64,000 nt of DNA, taken from positions 806,001-870,000 of the forward strand of contig OZ024751.1 of assembly GCA_964016885.1 (NCBI GenBank), read 5' to 3'. A program made the translations under genes and the position numbers. The notes below the pieces were generated by a model that made no database searches, was not told where the DNA came from, and saw nothing but the letters and a program-made list of their open reading frames with translations. Source of the DNA: Eledone cirrhosa (lineage: Eukaryota). This document shows, one piece after another, positions 43,661 to 58,100 of this stretch (the first letter of the stretch is position 1; the number at the start of each line of letters is the position of its first letter).

Positions 43661-45539
43661 TATATTAGTGTTGGTATATTAGTGTTGGTATATTAGTGTT
43701 GGTAAATTAGTGTTGGTATATTAGTGTTGTTTTAATAATATTGGTATATTAATGTTGCTATATTAGTGTTGCTATATTAATGTCGGTATATTATTGTTGG
43801 TATATTAATGTTGGTATATTAGTGTTGGTATATTAGTGTTGGTATATTCGTGTTGGTATAGTAATGTTGGTATATTAGTGTTGGTATAGTAACAATGGTA
43901 TATTAGTGTTGGTATATTGATGTTGGTATATTAATGTTGGCATATTAATGTTGGTATATTAGTGTTGGTATATTAGGGTTGGTATATTAATGTTGGTATA
44001 TTAGTGTTGGTATATTAACGTGGGTATATTAGTGTTGTTATATTAATGGTCGTATATTAGTGTTGGCATATTAGTGTTGGTATATTAATGTTGGTATATT
44101 AATGTTGGTATATCAGTGTTGGTATATTAGTGTTGGTATATTAATGTTGGTATATTAGTGTTGGTATATTAGTGTTGTTTTAATAATATGGGTATATTAA
44201 TGTTGGTCTATTAGTGTTGGTATATTAATGTTGGTATATTAGTGTTGGTATATTAGTGTTGTTTTAATAATATTGGTATATTAATGTTGGTATATTAATG
44301 TTGGTATATTAGTGTTGGGATATTAATGTAGGTATATTAGTGTTGGTATATTAGTGTTGGTATATTAATGTTGCTATATTAGTGTTGGTATGTTAGTGTT
44401 GGTATATTAGTGTTGGTATATCAGTGTTGATATATTAATGTTGCTATATTAGTGTTGGTATATTAATGTTGGTATATTAGTGTTGGTATATTAGTGTTGG
44501 TATATTACTGTTGGTATATTAATGTTATATTAATGTTGGTATATTACTGTTGGTATATTAGTTTTGGTATATTAATGTTGGTATATTAGTGTTGGTATAT
44601 TAATGTTGGTATATTAATGTTGTTATATTAGTGTTGGTATATTAATGTTGGTATATTAGTGTTGGTATATTAGTGTTGTTTTAATAATGTTGGTATATTA
44701 GTGTTGGTATATTAGTATTGGTATATTAGTGTTGTTTTAATAATATTGGTATATTAATGTTGGTATATTAATGTTGGCATACTAATGTTGGTATATTAGT
44801 ATTGGTATATCAGTGTTGGTATATTAATGTGGGTATATTAGTGTTGGTATATTAATGTGGGTATATTAGTATTGGTATATTAATGTTGGTATATTAGTGT
44901 TGGTATATTAGAGTTGGTATATCAGTGTTGGTATATTAATGTGGGTATATTAGTGTTAGTATATTAATGTGGGTATATTAGTGTTGGTATATTAATGTTG
45001 GTATATTAGTATTGGTATATTAGAGTTGGTATATTTTTGTTGGTATATTAATGTTGCTATATTAGTGTTGCTATATTAGTGTTGGTATATTAGTGTTGGT
45101 ATATTAGTGTTGGTATATTAATGTTGCTATATTAGTGTTGGTATATTAATGTTGGTATATTACTGTTGGTATATTAGTGTTGTTATAATAATATTGGTAT
45201 ATTAATGTTGCTATATTAGTGTTGCTATATTAATGTTGGTATATTATTGTTGATATATTAAGGTTGGTATATTAATGTTGATATATTAATGTTGCTATAT
45301 TAATGTTGGAATATTGTTGGTATATTAGTGTTGGTATATTTATGTTGCTATATTAGTGTTATATATTAATGTTGGTACATTAGTGTTGGTATATTTATGA
45401 TGGTATATTAGTGTTGGTATATTAATACTGGTATATTAGTGTTGGAATATTAGTGATGTTTTAATAATATTGGTATATTAATGTTGGTATATTAGTGTTG
45501 GTATATTAGTGTTGGTATATTAATGTTGGTATATTAATG

Positions 45540-48500
45540 TTGGTATATTAATGTTGGTATAATAGTGTTGGTATATTAGTGTTGTTTTAATAATATTGGT
45601 ATATTAATGTTGGTATATTAATGTTGGCATATTAATATTGGTATATTAGAGTTCGTATATTAGGGTTGGTATATTAATGTTGGTATATTAGTGTTGGTAT
45701 ATTAATGTGGGTATATTAGTGTTGGTATATTAATGTTGGTATATTAGTGTTGGCATATTAGTGTTGGTATATTAATGTTGGTATATTTATGTTGGTATAT
45801 TAGTGTTGGTATATTAGTGTTGGTATATTCATGTTGGTATATTAGTGTTGGTATATTAGTGTTGTTTTAATAATATTGGTATATTAATGTGGGTATATTA
45901 GTGTTGGTATATTAGTGTTGGTATATTAATATTGCTATATTAGTGTTGGTATATTAGTGTTGGTATATTAGTGTCGGTATATCAGTGTTGATATATTAAT
46001 GTTGCTATATTAGTGTTGGTATATTAATGTTTGTATATTAGTGTTGGTATATTAGTGTTTGTATATTACTGTTGGTATATCAATGTTGGTATCTTAATGT
46101 TGGTATATTGCTGTTGGTATATTAGTTTTGGTATATTAATGTTGGTATATTAGTGTTGGTATATTACTGTTGGTATATTAATGTTGTTATATTAGTGTTG
46201 GTATATTAATGTTGGTATATTGGTGTTGGTATATTAGTGTTGTTTTAATAATGTTGGTATGTTAGTGTTGGTATATTAGTGTTGTTTTAATAATATTGGT
46301 ATATTAATGTTGGCACTCCAATGTTGGTATATTAGTGTTGGTATATAAGTGTTGGTATATTAATGTTGGTATATTAGTGTTGGTATATTAGTGTCTGTAT
46401 ATTAGTGTTGGTATATTAATGTTGCTATATTAGTGTTGGTATATTAGTGTTGGTATATTAGTGTTGGTATATTAGTGTTGGTATATTAATGTTGGTATAT
46501 TAATGTTGGTATATTACTGTTGGTATATTAGTGTTGTTTTAATAATATTTGTATATTAATGTTGGTATATTAGTGTTGGTATATTAGTGTTGGTATGTTA
46601 GGGTTGCTATATTAATGTTGGTATATTAGTGTTGGTATATTAATGTTCGTTTATTACTGTTGGTATATTAATGTTGGTATATTAGTGTTGGTATATTAGT
46701 GTTGGTATGTTAGGGTTGCTATATTAGTGTTGGTACATTAATGTTGGTATATTAATGTTGGTATATTAATGTTGCTATATTAATGTTGCTATATTAATTT
46801 TGCTATATTAATGTTGGTATATAAGTGTTGGTATATTGTTGGTATGTTAGTGTTGGTATATTAATGTTGGTATATTTATATTGGTATATTAGTGTTGGTA
46901 TATTAATGCTGGTATATTAATGTTGGTATATAAGTGTTGGTATATTGTTGTTGGTATATTAGTGTTCTTTTAATAATATTGGTATATTAATGTTGGTATA
47001 TTAGTGTTGGTATATTAATGTTGGTATATTAATGTTGGTATATTAGTGTTGGTATAATAGTGTTGGTATATTAATGTTGGTATATTAGTGTTGTTTTAAT
47101 TATATTGGTATATTAATGTTGGTATATTAGTGTTGGCATATTAATGTTTGTACATTAATGTTGGTATGTTAGTGTTGGTATATTAATGTTGGTATATTAA
47201 TGTTGGTATATTAATGCTGGTATATTAGTGTTGGTATATTAATGTTGGTATATTAATGTTGGTATATTAGTGTTGGTATATTAATGCTGGTATATTAGTG
47301 TTGGTATATTAATGTTGGTATATTAATGTTGGTATATTAGTGTTGGTATATTAATGTCTGTATATTAGTGTTGGTATATTAGTGTTGTTTTTATAATATT
47401 GGTATATTAATGTTGGTATACTAATGTTGGCATATTAGTGTTGGTATATTAATGTGGGTATATTAGTGTTGGTATATTACTGTTGGTATATTAGTGTTGG
47501 TATATTAATGTTGCTATATTAGTGTTGGTATATTAGTGTTGGTATATTAGTGTCGGTATATTAGTGTTGATATATTTATGTTGCTATATTAGTGTTGGTA
47601 TATTAATGTTGGTATATTAGTGTTGGTATATTAGTGTTGGTATATTACTGTTGGTATATCAATGTTGGTATCTTAATGTTGGTATATTGCTGTTGGTATA
47701 TTAATTTTGGTATATTAATGTTGGTATATTAGTGTTGGTATATTAGTGTTGGTATATTAATGTTGGTATATTGATGTTGGTATATTAGTGTTGTTTTAAT
47801 AATAATGGTATATTAATGTTGGCACTCTAATGTTGGTATATTAGTGTTGGTATATTAGTGTTGGTATATTAATGTTGGTATATTAGTGTTGGTATATTAG
47901 TGTTGGTATATTGGTGTTGGTATATTAATGTTCCTATATTAGTGTTGGTATATTAGTGTTGGTATATTAGTGTTGGTATATTAATGTTGGTATATTAATG
48001 TTGGTATATTAGTGTTGGTATATTAATGTTCGTTTATTACTGTTGGTATATTAGTGTTGGTATATTAATGTTGTTATATTAGTGTTGTTTTAATAATATT
48101 GGTATATTAATCTTATATTAGTGTTGATACATTAATGTTGCTATATTAATGTTGGTATATTAGTGTTGGTATGTTAGTGTTGGTGTATTAATGTTGGTAT
48201 ATTTATATTGGTATATTAGTGTTGGTATATTAATGTTGGTATATTAATGTTGGTATATAAGTGTTGGTATATTGTTGTTGGTATATTAGTGTTCTTTTAA
48301 TAATATTGGTATATTAATGTTGGTATATTAATGTTGGTATATTAGTGTTGGCATATTAATGTTTCTATATTAATGTTGGTATGTTAGTGTTGGTATATTA
48401 ATGTTGGTATATTAATGTTGGTATGTTAATGCTGGTATATTAGTGTTGGTATATTAATGTTGGTATACTAATGTTGGTATATTAGTGTTGGTATATTAAT

Positions 48501-51500
48501 GTTGGTATATTAATTTTGGTATATTAATGTTGGTATATTAATGTTGGTATATTAATGTTGGTATATTAATGTTGGTATATTAGAGTTGGTATATTAATGT
48601 TGTTTTAATAATATTGGTATATTAATTTTGGTATATTAGTGTTGGTATAATAGTGTTGGTATATTAATGTTGGTCTATTAGTGTTGGCATATTAATGTTT
48701 GTATATTAATGTTGTTATATTAGTGTTGGTACATTAATGTTGGTATATTAATGTTGGTATATTAACGTTGCTATATTAATGTTGCTATATTAATGTTGGT
48801 ATATTAATGTTGGTATAATAGTGTTGGTATATTAGTGTTGTTTTAATAATATTGGTATATTAATGTTGGTATATTAATGTTGGCATATTAATATTGGTAT
48901 ATTAGAGTTGGTATATTAGGGTTGGTATATTAATGTTGGTATATTAGTGTTGGTATATTAATGTGGGTATATTAGTGTTGGTATATTAATGTTGGTATAT
49001 TAGTGTTGGCATATTAGTGTTGGTATATTAATGTTGGTATATTTATGTTGGTATATTAGTGTTGGTATATTAGTGTTGGTATATTAATGTTGGTATATTA
49101 GTGTTGTTATATTAGTGTTGTTTTAATAATATTGGTATATTAATGTTGGTATATTTGTGTTGGTTTATTAATGTGGGTATATTAGTGTTGGTATATTAGT
49201 GTTGGTATATTAGTGTTGGTATATTAATATTGCTATATTAGTGTTTGTATATTAGTGTTGGTATATTAGTGTCGGTATATCAGTGTTGATATATTAATGT
49301 TGCTATATTAGTGTTGGTATATTAATGTTGGTATATTAGTGTTGGTATATTAGTGTTTGTATATTACTGTTGGTATATCAATGTTGGTATCTTAATGTTG
49401 GTATATTGCTGTTGGTATATTAGTTTTGGTATATTAATGTTGGTATATTAGTGTTGGTATATTACTGTTGGTATATTAATGTTGTTATATTAGTGTTGGT
49501 ATATTAATGTTGGTATATTGGTGTTGGTATATTAGTGTTGTTTTAATAATGTTGGTATGTTAGTGTTGGTATATTAGTGTTGTTTTAATAATATTGGTAT
49601 ATTAATGTTGGCACTCCAATGTTGGTAAATTAGTGTTGGTATATAAGTGTTGGTATATTAATGTTGGTATATTAGTGTTGGTATATTAGTGTCTGTATAT
49701 TAGTGTTGGTATATTAATGTTGCTATATTAGTGTTGGTATATTAGTGTTGGTATATTAGTGTTGGTATATTAGTGTTGGTATATTAATGTTGGTATATTA
49801 ATGTTGGTATATTACTGTTGGTATATTAGTGTTGTTTTAATAATATTTGTATATTAATGTTGGTATATTAGTGTTGGTATATTAGTGTTGGTATGTTAGG
49901 GTTGCTATATTAATGTTGGTATATTAGTGTTGGTATATTAATGTTCGTTTATTACTGTTGGTATATTAATGTTGGTATATTAGTGTTGGTATATTAGTGT
50001 TGGTATGTTAGGGTTGCTATATTAATGTTGGTATATTAGTGTTGGTACATTAATGTTGGTATATTAATGTTGGTATATTAATGTTGCTATATTAATGTTG
50101 CTATATTAATTTGGCTATATTAATGTTGGTATATAAGTGTTGGTATATTGTTGGTATGTTAGTGTTGGTATATTAATGTTGGTATATTTATATTGGTATA
50201 TTAGTGTTGGTATATTAATGCTGGTATATTAATGTTTGTATATAAGTGTTGGTATATTGTTGTTGGTATATTAGTGTTCTTTTAATAATATTGGTATATT
50301 AATGTTGGTATATTAGTGTTGGTATATTAATGTTGGTATATTAATGTTGGTATATTAGTGTTGGTATAATAGTGTTGGTATATTAATGTTGGTATATTAG
50401 TGTTGTTTTAATTATATTGGTATATTAATGTTGGTATATTAGTGTTGGCATATTAATGTTTGTACATTAATGTTGGTATGTTAGTGTTGGTATATTAATG
50501 TTGGTATATTTATGTTGGTATATTAATGCTGGTATATTAGTGTTGGTATATTAATGTTGGTATATTAATGTTGGTATATTAATGTTGGTATATTAATGCT
50601 GGTATATTAGTGTTGGTATATTAATGTTGGTATATTAATGTTGGTATATTAGTGTTGGTATATTAATGTCTGTATATTAGTGTTGGTATATTAGTGTTGT
50701 TTTTATAATATTGGTATATTAATGTTGGTATACTAATGTTGGCATATTAGTGTTGGTATATTAATGTGGGTATATTAGTGTTGGTATATTACTGTTGGTA
50801 TATTAGTGTTGGTATATTAATGTTGCTATATTAGTGTTGGTATATTAGTGTTGGTATATTAGTGTCGGTATATTAGTGTTGATATATTTATGTTGCTATA
50901 TTAGTGTTGGTATATTAATGTTGGTATATTAGTGTTGGTATATTAGTGTTGGTATATTACTGTTGGTATATCAATGTTGGTATCTTAATGTTGGTATATT
51001 GCTGTTGGTATATTAGTTTTGGTATATTAATGTTGGTATATTAGTGTTGGTATATTAGTGTTGGTATATTAATGTTGGTATATTGATGTTGGTATATTAG
51101 TGTTGTTTTAATAATATTGGTATATTAATGTTGGCACTCTAATGTTGGTATATTAGTGTTGGTATATTAGTGTTGGTATATTAATGTTGGTATATTAGTG
51201 TTGGTATATTAGTGTTGGTATATTAATGTTGGTATATTAATGTTCCTATATTAGTGTTGGTATATTAGTGTTTGTATATTAGTGTTGGTATGTTAGTGTT
51301 GCTATATTAATGTTGGTATATTAGTGTTGGTATATTAATGTTGGTATATTAGTGTTGGTATATTAATGTTCGTTTATTACTGTTGGTATATTAGTGTTGG
51401 TATATTAATGTTGTTATATTAGTGTTGTTTTAATAATATTGGTATATTAATGTTATATTAGTGTTGATACATTAATGTTGGTATATTAATGTTGGTATAT

Positions 51501-52150
51501 TAGTGTTGGTATGTTAGTGTTGGTATATTAATGTTGGTATATTTATATTGGTATATTAGTGTTGGTATATTTATATTGGTATATTAGTGTTGGTATATTA
51601 ATGTTGGTATATTAATGTTGGTATATAAGTGTTGGTATATTGTTGTTGGTATATTAGTGTTCTTTTAATAATATTGGTATATTAATGTTGGTATATTAAT
51701 GTTGGTATATTAGTGTTGGCATATTAATGTTTCTATATTAATGTTGGTATGTTAGTGTTGGTATATTAATGTTGGTATATTAATGTTGGTATGTTAATGC
51801 TGGTATATTAGTGTTGGTATATTAATGTTGGTATACTAATGTTGGTATATTAGTGTTGGTATATTAATGTTGGTATATTAATGTTGGTATATTAATGTTG
51901 GTATATTAGTGTTGGTATATTAATGTTGGTACATTAATGTTGGTATATTAGAGTTGGTATATTAATGTTGTTTTAATAATATTGGTATATTAATTTTGGT
52001 ATATTAGTGTTGGTATAATAGTGTTGGTATATTAATGTTGGTCTATTAGTGTTGGCATATTAATGTTTGTATATTAATGTTGTTATATTAGTGTTGGTAC
52101 ATTAATGTTGGTATATTAATGTTGGTATATTAACGTTGCTATATTAATGT
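45540..52150. repeat. ~3.3-kb tandem duplication (~45540-48800 / ~48800-52150), more diverged than the 6.1-kb pair
   Basis: GGCACTCCA at 46312 and 49610 (offset 3298). GGCACTCTA at 47821 and 51133 (offset 3312). The offset drifts in multiples of 14. Confidence 0.88.
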
Positions 52151-55100
52151 TGCTATATTAATGTTGCTATATTAATGTTGGTATATTAGTGTTGGTATAT
52201 TAGTGTTGGTATGTTAGTGTTGGTATATTAATGTTTGTATATTTATATTGGTATATTAGTGTTGGTTTATTAATGTTGGTATATTAATGTTGGTATATAA
52301 GTGTTGGTTTATTGTTGTTGGTATATTAATGTTCTTTCAATAATATTGGTATATTAATGTTGGTATGTTAGTGTTGGTATATTAATGTTGGTATATTAAT
52401 GTTCGTATATTAATGCTGGTATATTAGTGTTGGTATATTAATGTTGGTATATTAATGTTGGTATATTACTGTTGGTATATTAGTGTCTGTATATTAGTGT
52501 TGGTATATTAATATTGATATATTTATGTTGGTATATTAGTGTTGGTATATTAATGTTGTTTTAATAATATTGATTTATTAATGTTTGTATATTAGTGTTG
52601 TTTAAATAATATTGGTTTATTGATTTTGGTATATTAATGTTGCTATATTAGTGTTGCTATATTATTGTTGGTATATTAATGTTGGTATATTAATGTTGAT
52701 ATATTAACGTTGGTGTATTAATGTTGGTATATGTTTGCTATGTTAGTGGTGGTATATTAGTGTTGGTATCGTAGTGTTGGTATAATAATGTTGGTATATT
52801 AATGTTGGTATATTAGTGTTGGTATATTAATGTTGGTATATTAATGTTGGTATATTAGTATTGGTATAATAGTGTTGGTATATTAATGTCGTTATATTAG
52901 TGTTGTTTTAATAATATTGGTATATTAGTTTTGTTTTAATAATATTGGTATATTAGTGTTGATATATTAATGTTGGTATATTAATGTTGGTATATTAGTG
53001 TTGGTATATTAGTGTTGGTATATTAGTGTTGGTATATTAATGTTGGTATATTAATGTTGTTATATTAGTGTTAGTATATTAGCGTTGCTATATTGATGTT
53101 GGTATATTAGTATTTTTTAAATAATATTGATATATTGATGTTGGTATATTAACGTTGGTATATTAATGTTGGTATATTAATGTTGATATATTAATGTTGG
53201 TATATTAACGTTGGTATAATACTGTTGGTATATTAATGTCGTTATATTAGTGTTGTTTTAATAATATTGGTATATTAGTGTTGTTTTAATAATATTGGTA
53301 TATTAGTGTTGATATATTAATGTTCGTATATTAATGTTGGTATATTAATGTTGGTATATAAGTGTTGGTATATTAGTATTGGTATAATACTGTTGGTATA
53401 TTAATGTCGTTATATTAGTGTTGTTTTAATAATATTGGTATATTAGTGTTGTTTTAATAATATTGGTATATTAGTGTTGGTATATTAATGTTCGTATATT
53501 AATGTTGGTATATTAATGTTGGTATATAAGTGTTGGTATATTGTTGTTGGTATATTAGTGTTCTTTCAATAATATTGGTATATTAATGTTGGTATATTAG
53601 TGTTGGTATATTAATGTTGGTATATTAATGTTGGTGTATTAGTGTTGGTATAATAGTGTTGGTATATTAATGTTGGTATATTAGTGTTGTTTTAATTATA
53701 TTGGTATATTAATGTTGGTATATTAGTGTTGGCATATTAATGTTTGTTTATTAATGTTGGTATATTAGTGTTGGCATATTATTGTTGGTATATTAATGTT
53801 GGTATATTAATGCTGGTATATTAGTGTTGGTATATTAATGTTGGTATATTAATGTTGGTATATTAGTGTTGGTATATTAATGTTGGTATGTTAGTGTTGG
53901 TATATTAATGTTGGTATATTAATGCTGGTATATTAGTGTTGGTATATTAGTGTCTGTATATTAGTGTTGGTATATTAATATTGGTATATTAATGTTGGTA
54001 TATTAGTGTTGGTATATTAATGTTGTTTTAATAATATTGGTATATTAATGTTGGTATATTAGTGTTGGTATATTAATGTTTGTATATTAGTGTTGTTTAA
54101 ATAATATTGGTGTATTGATTTTGGTATAATAATGTTGCTATATTAGTGTTGGTATATTATTGTTGGTATATTGATGTTGGTATATTAGTATTTTTTAAAT
54201 AATATTGATATATTGATGTTGGTATATTAACGTTGGTATATTAATGTTGGTATATTACTGTTGGTATATTAATGTTGATATATTAATTTAGCTATATTAA
54301 TGTTGGAATATTGTTGGTATATTAATATTGGTATATTAGTGTTGGTATATTAGTGAGGGTAAATTAGTGAGGGTATATTAATGTTGGTATATTAATGATT
54401 GTATATTAGTGTTGGTATATTATTGGTATATTAATGTTGGTATATTAGTGTTGGTATATTACTGTTCGTATATTAGTGTTGGTATATTAGTGTTGGTAAA
54501 TTAATGTTGGTATATTAATGTTATGTATATTAGTGTTGGTATATTATGGTTGGTATATTAGTGTTGGTATATTAATGTTGGTATACTAATGTTGGTATAT
54601 TAGTGTTGGTATATTAATGTTGGTATATTAATGTTGGTATATTAATGTTGGTATATTAATGTTGGTATATTAATGTTGGTATATTAATGTTGGTATATTA
54701 GAGTTGGTATATTAATGTTGTTTTAATAATATTGGTATATTAATTTTGGTATATTAGTGTTGGTATAATAGTGTTGGTATATTAATGTTGGTCTATTAGT
54801 GTTGGCATATTAATGTTTGTATATTAATGTTGTTATATTAGTGTTGGTACATTAATGTTGGTATATTAATGTTGGTATATTAACGTTGCTATATTAATGT
54901 TGCTATATTAATGTTGGTATATTAATGTTGGTATAATAGTGTTGGTATATTAGTGTTGTTTTAATAATATTGGTATATTAATGTTGGTATATTAATGTTG
55001 GCATATTAATATTGGTATATTAGAGTTGGTATATTAGGGTTGGTATATTAATGTTGGTATATTAGTGTTGGTATATTAATGTGGGTATATTAGTGTTGGT

Positions 55101-58100
55101 ATATTAATGTTGGTATATTAGTGTTGGCATATTAGTGTTGGTATATTAATGTTGGTATATTTATGTTGGTATATTAGTGTTGGTATATTAGTGTTGGTAT
55201 ATTAATGTTGGTATATTAGTGTTGTTATATTAGTGTTGTTTTAATAATATTGGTATATTAATGTTGGTATATTAGTGTTGGTTTATTAATGTGGGTATAT
55301 TAGTGTTGGTATATTAGTGTTGGTATATTAGTGTTGGTATATTAATATTGCTATATTAGTGTTTGTATATTAGTGTTGGTATATTAGTGTCGGTATATCA
55401 GTGTTGATATATTAATGTTGCTATATTAGTGTTGGTATATTAATGTTGGTATATTAGTGTTGGTATATTAGTGTTTGTATATTACTGTTGGTATATCAAT
55501 GTTGGTATCTTAATGTTGGTATATTGCTGTTGGTATATTAGTTTTGGTATATTAATGTTGGTATATTAGTGTTGGTATATTACTGTTGGTATATTAATGT
55601 TGTTATATTAGTGTTGGTATATTAATGTTGGTATATTGGTGTTGGTATATTAGTGTTGTTTTAATAATGTTGGTATGTTAGTGTTGGTATATTAGTGTTG
55701 TTTTAATAATATTGGTATATTAATGTTGGCACTCCCATGTTGGTAAATTAGTGTTGGTATATAAGTGTTGGTATATTAATGTTGGTATATTAGTGTTGGT
55801 ATATTAGTGTCTGTATATTAGTGTTGGTATATTAATGTTGCTATATTAGTGTTGGTATATTAGTGTTGGTATATTAGTGTTGGTATATTAGTGTTGGTAT
55901 ATTAATGTTGGTATATTAATGTTGGTATATTACTGTTGGTATATTAGTGTTGTTTTAATAATATTTGTATATTAATGTTGGTATATTAGTGTTGGTATAT
56001 TAGTGTTGGTATGTTAGGGTTGCTATATTAATGTTGGTATATTAGTGTTGGTATATTAATGTTCGTTTATTACTGTTGGTATATTAATGTTGGTATATTA
56101 GTGTTGGTATATTAGTGTTGGTATGTTAGGGTTGCTATATTAATGTTGGTATATTAGTGTTGGTACATTAATGTTGGTATATTAATGTTGGTATATTAAT
56201 GTTGCTATATTAATGTTGCTATATTAATTTGGCTATATTAATGTTGGTATATAAGTGTTGGTATATTGTTGGTATGTTAGTGTTGGTATATTAATGTTGG
56301 TATATTTATATTGGTATATTAGTGTTGGTATATTAATGCTGGTATATTAATGTTTGTATATAAGTGTTGGTATATTGTTGTTGGTATATTAGTGTTCTTT
56401 TAATAATATTGGTATATTAATGTTGGTATATTAGTGTTGGTATATTAATGTTGGTATATTAATGTTGGTATATTAGTGTTGGTATAATAGTGTTGGTATA
56501 TTAATGTTGGTATATTAGTGTTGTTTTAATTATATTGGTATATTAATGTTGGTATATTAGTGTTGGCATATTAATGTTTGTACATTAATGTTGGTATGTT
56601 AGTGTTGGTATATTAATGTTGGTATATTTATGTTGGTATATTAATGCTGGTATATTAGTGTTGGTATATTAATGTTGGTATATTAATGTTGGTATATTAA
56701 TGTTGGTATATTAATGCTGGTATATTAGTGTTGGTATATTAATGTTGGTATATTAATGTTGGTATATTAGTGTTGGTATATTAATGTCTGTATATTAGTG
56801 TTGGTATATTAGTGTTGTTTTTATAATATTGGTATATTAATGTTGGTATACTAATGTTGGCATATTAGTGTTGGTATATTAATGTGGGTATATTAGTGTT
56901 GGTATATTACTGTTGGTATATTAGTGTTGGTATATTAATGTTGCTATATTAATGTTGGTATATTAGTGTTGGTATATTAGTGTCGGTATATTAGTGTTGA
57001 TATATTTATGTTGCTATATTAGTGTTGGTATATTAATGTTGGTATATTAGTGTTGGTATATTAGTGTTGGTATATTACTGTTGGTATATCAATGTTGGTA
57101 TCTTAATGTTGGTATATTGCTGTTGGTATATTAGTTTTGGTATATTAATGTTGGTATATTAGTGTTGGTATATTAGTGTTGGTATATTAATGTTGGTATA
57201 TTGATGTTGGTATATTAGTGTTGTTTTAATAATATTGGTATATTAATGTTGGCACTCTAATGTTGGTATATTAGTGTTGGTATATTAGTGTTGGTATATT
57301 AATGTTGGTATATTAGTGTTGGTATATTAGTGTTGGTATATTAATGTTGGTATATTAATGTTCCTATATTAGTGTTGGTATATTAGTGTTTGTATATTAG
57401 TGTTGGTATGTTAGTGTTGCTATATTAATGTTGGTATATTAGTGTTGGTATATTAATGTTGGTATATTAGTGTTGGTATATTAATGTTCGTTTATTACTG
57501 TTGGTATATTAGTGTTGGTATATTAATGTTGTTATATTAGTGTTGTTTTAATAATATTGGTATATTAATGTTATATTAGTGTTGATACATTAATGTTGGT
57601 ATATTAATGTTGGTATATTAGTGTTGGTATGTTAGTGTTGGTATATTAATGTTGGTATATTTATATTGGTATATTAGTGTTGGTATATTTATATTGGTAT
57701 ATTAGTGTTGGTATATTAATGTTGGTATATTAATGTTGGTATATAAGTGTTGGTATATTGTTGTTGGTATATTAGTGTTCTTTTAATAATATTGGTATAT
57801 TAATGTTGGTATATTAATGTTGGTATATTAGTGTTGGCATATTAATGTTTCTATATTAATGTTGGTATGTTAGTGTTGGTATATTAATGTTGGTATATTA
57901 ATGTTGGTATGTTAATGCTGGTATATTAGTGTTGGTATATTAATGTTGGTATACTAATGTTGGTATATTAGTGTTGGTATATTAATGTTGGTATATTAAT
58001 GTTGGTATATTAATGTTGGTATATTAGTGTTGGTATATTAATGTTGGTACATTAATGTTGGTATATTAGAGTTGGTATATTAATGTTGTTTTAATAATAT

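Noticed and set aside
54353-54374. G-quadruplex potential at GTGAGGGTAAATTAGTGAGGG and GG-spaced monomers
   Set aside because: There are only two GGG tracts here, and elsewhere GG pairs with 12-nt loops, which is not a credible stable G4.
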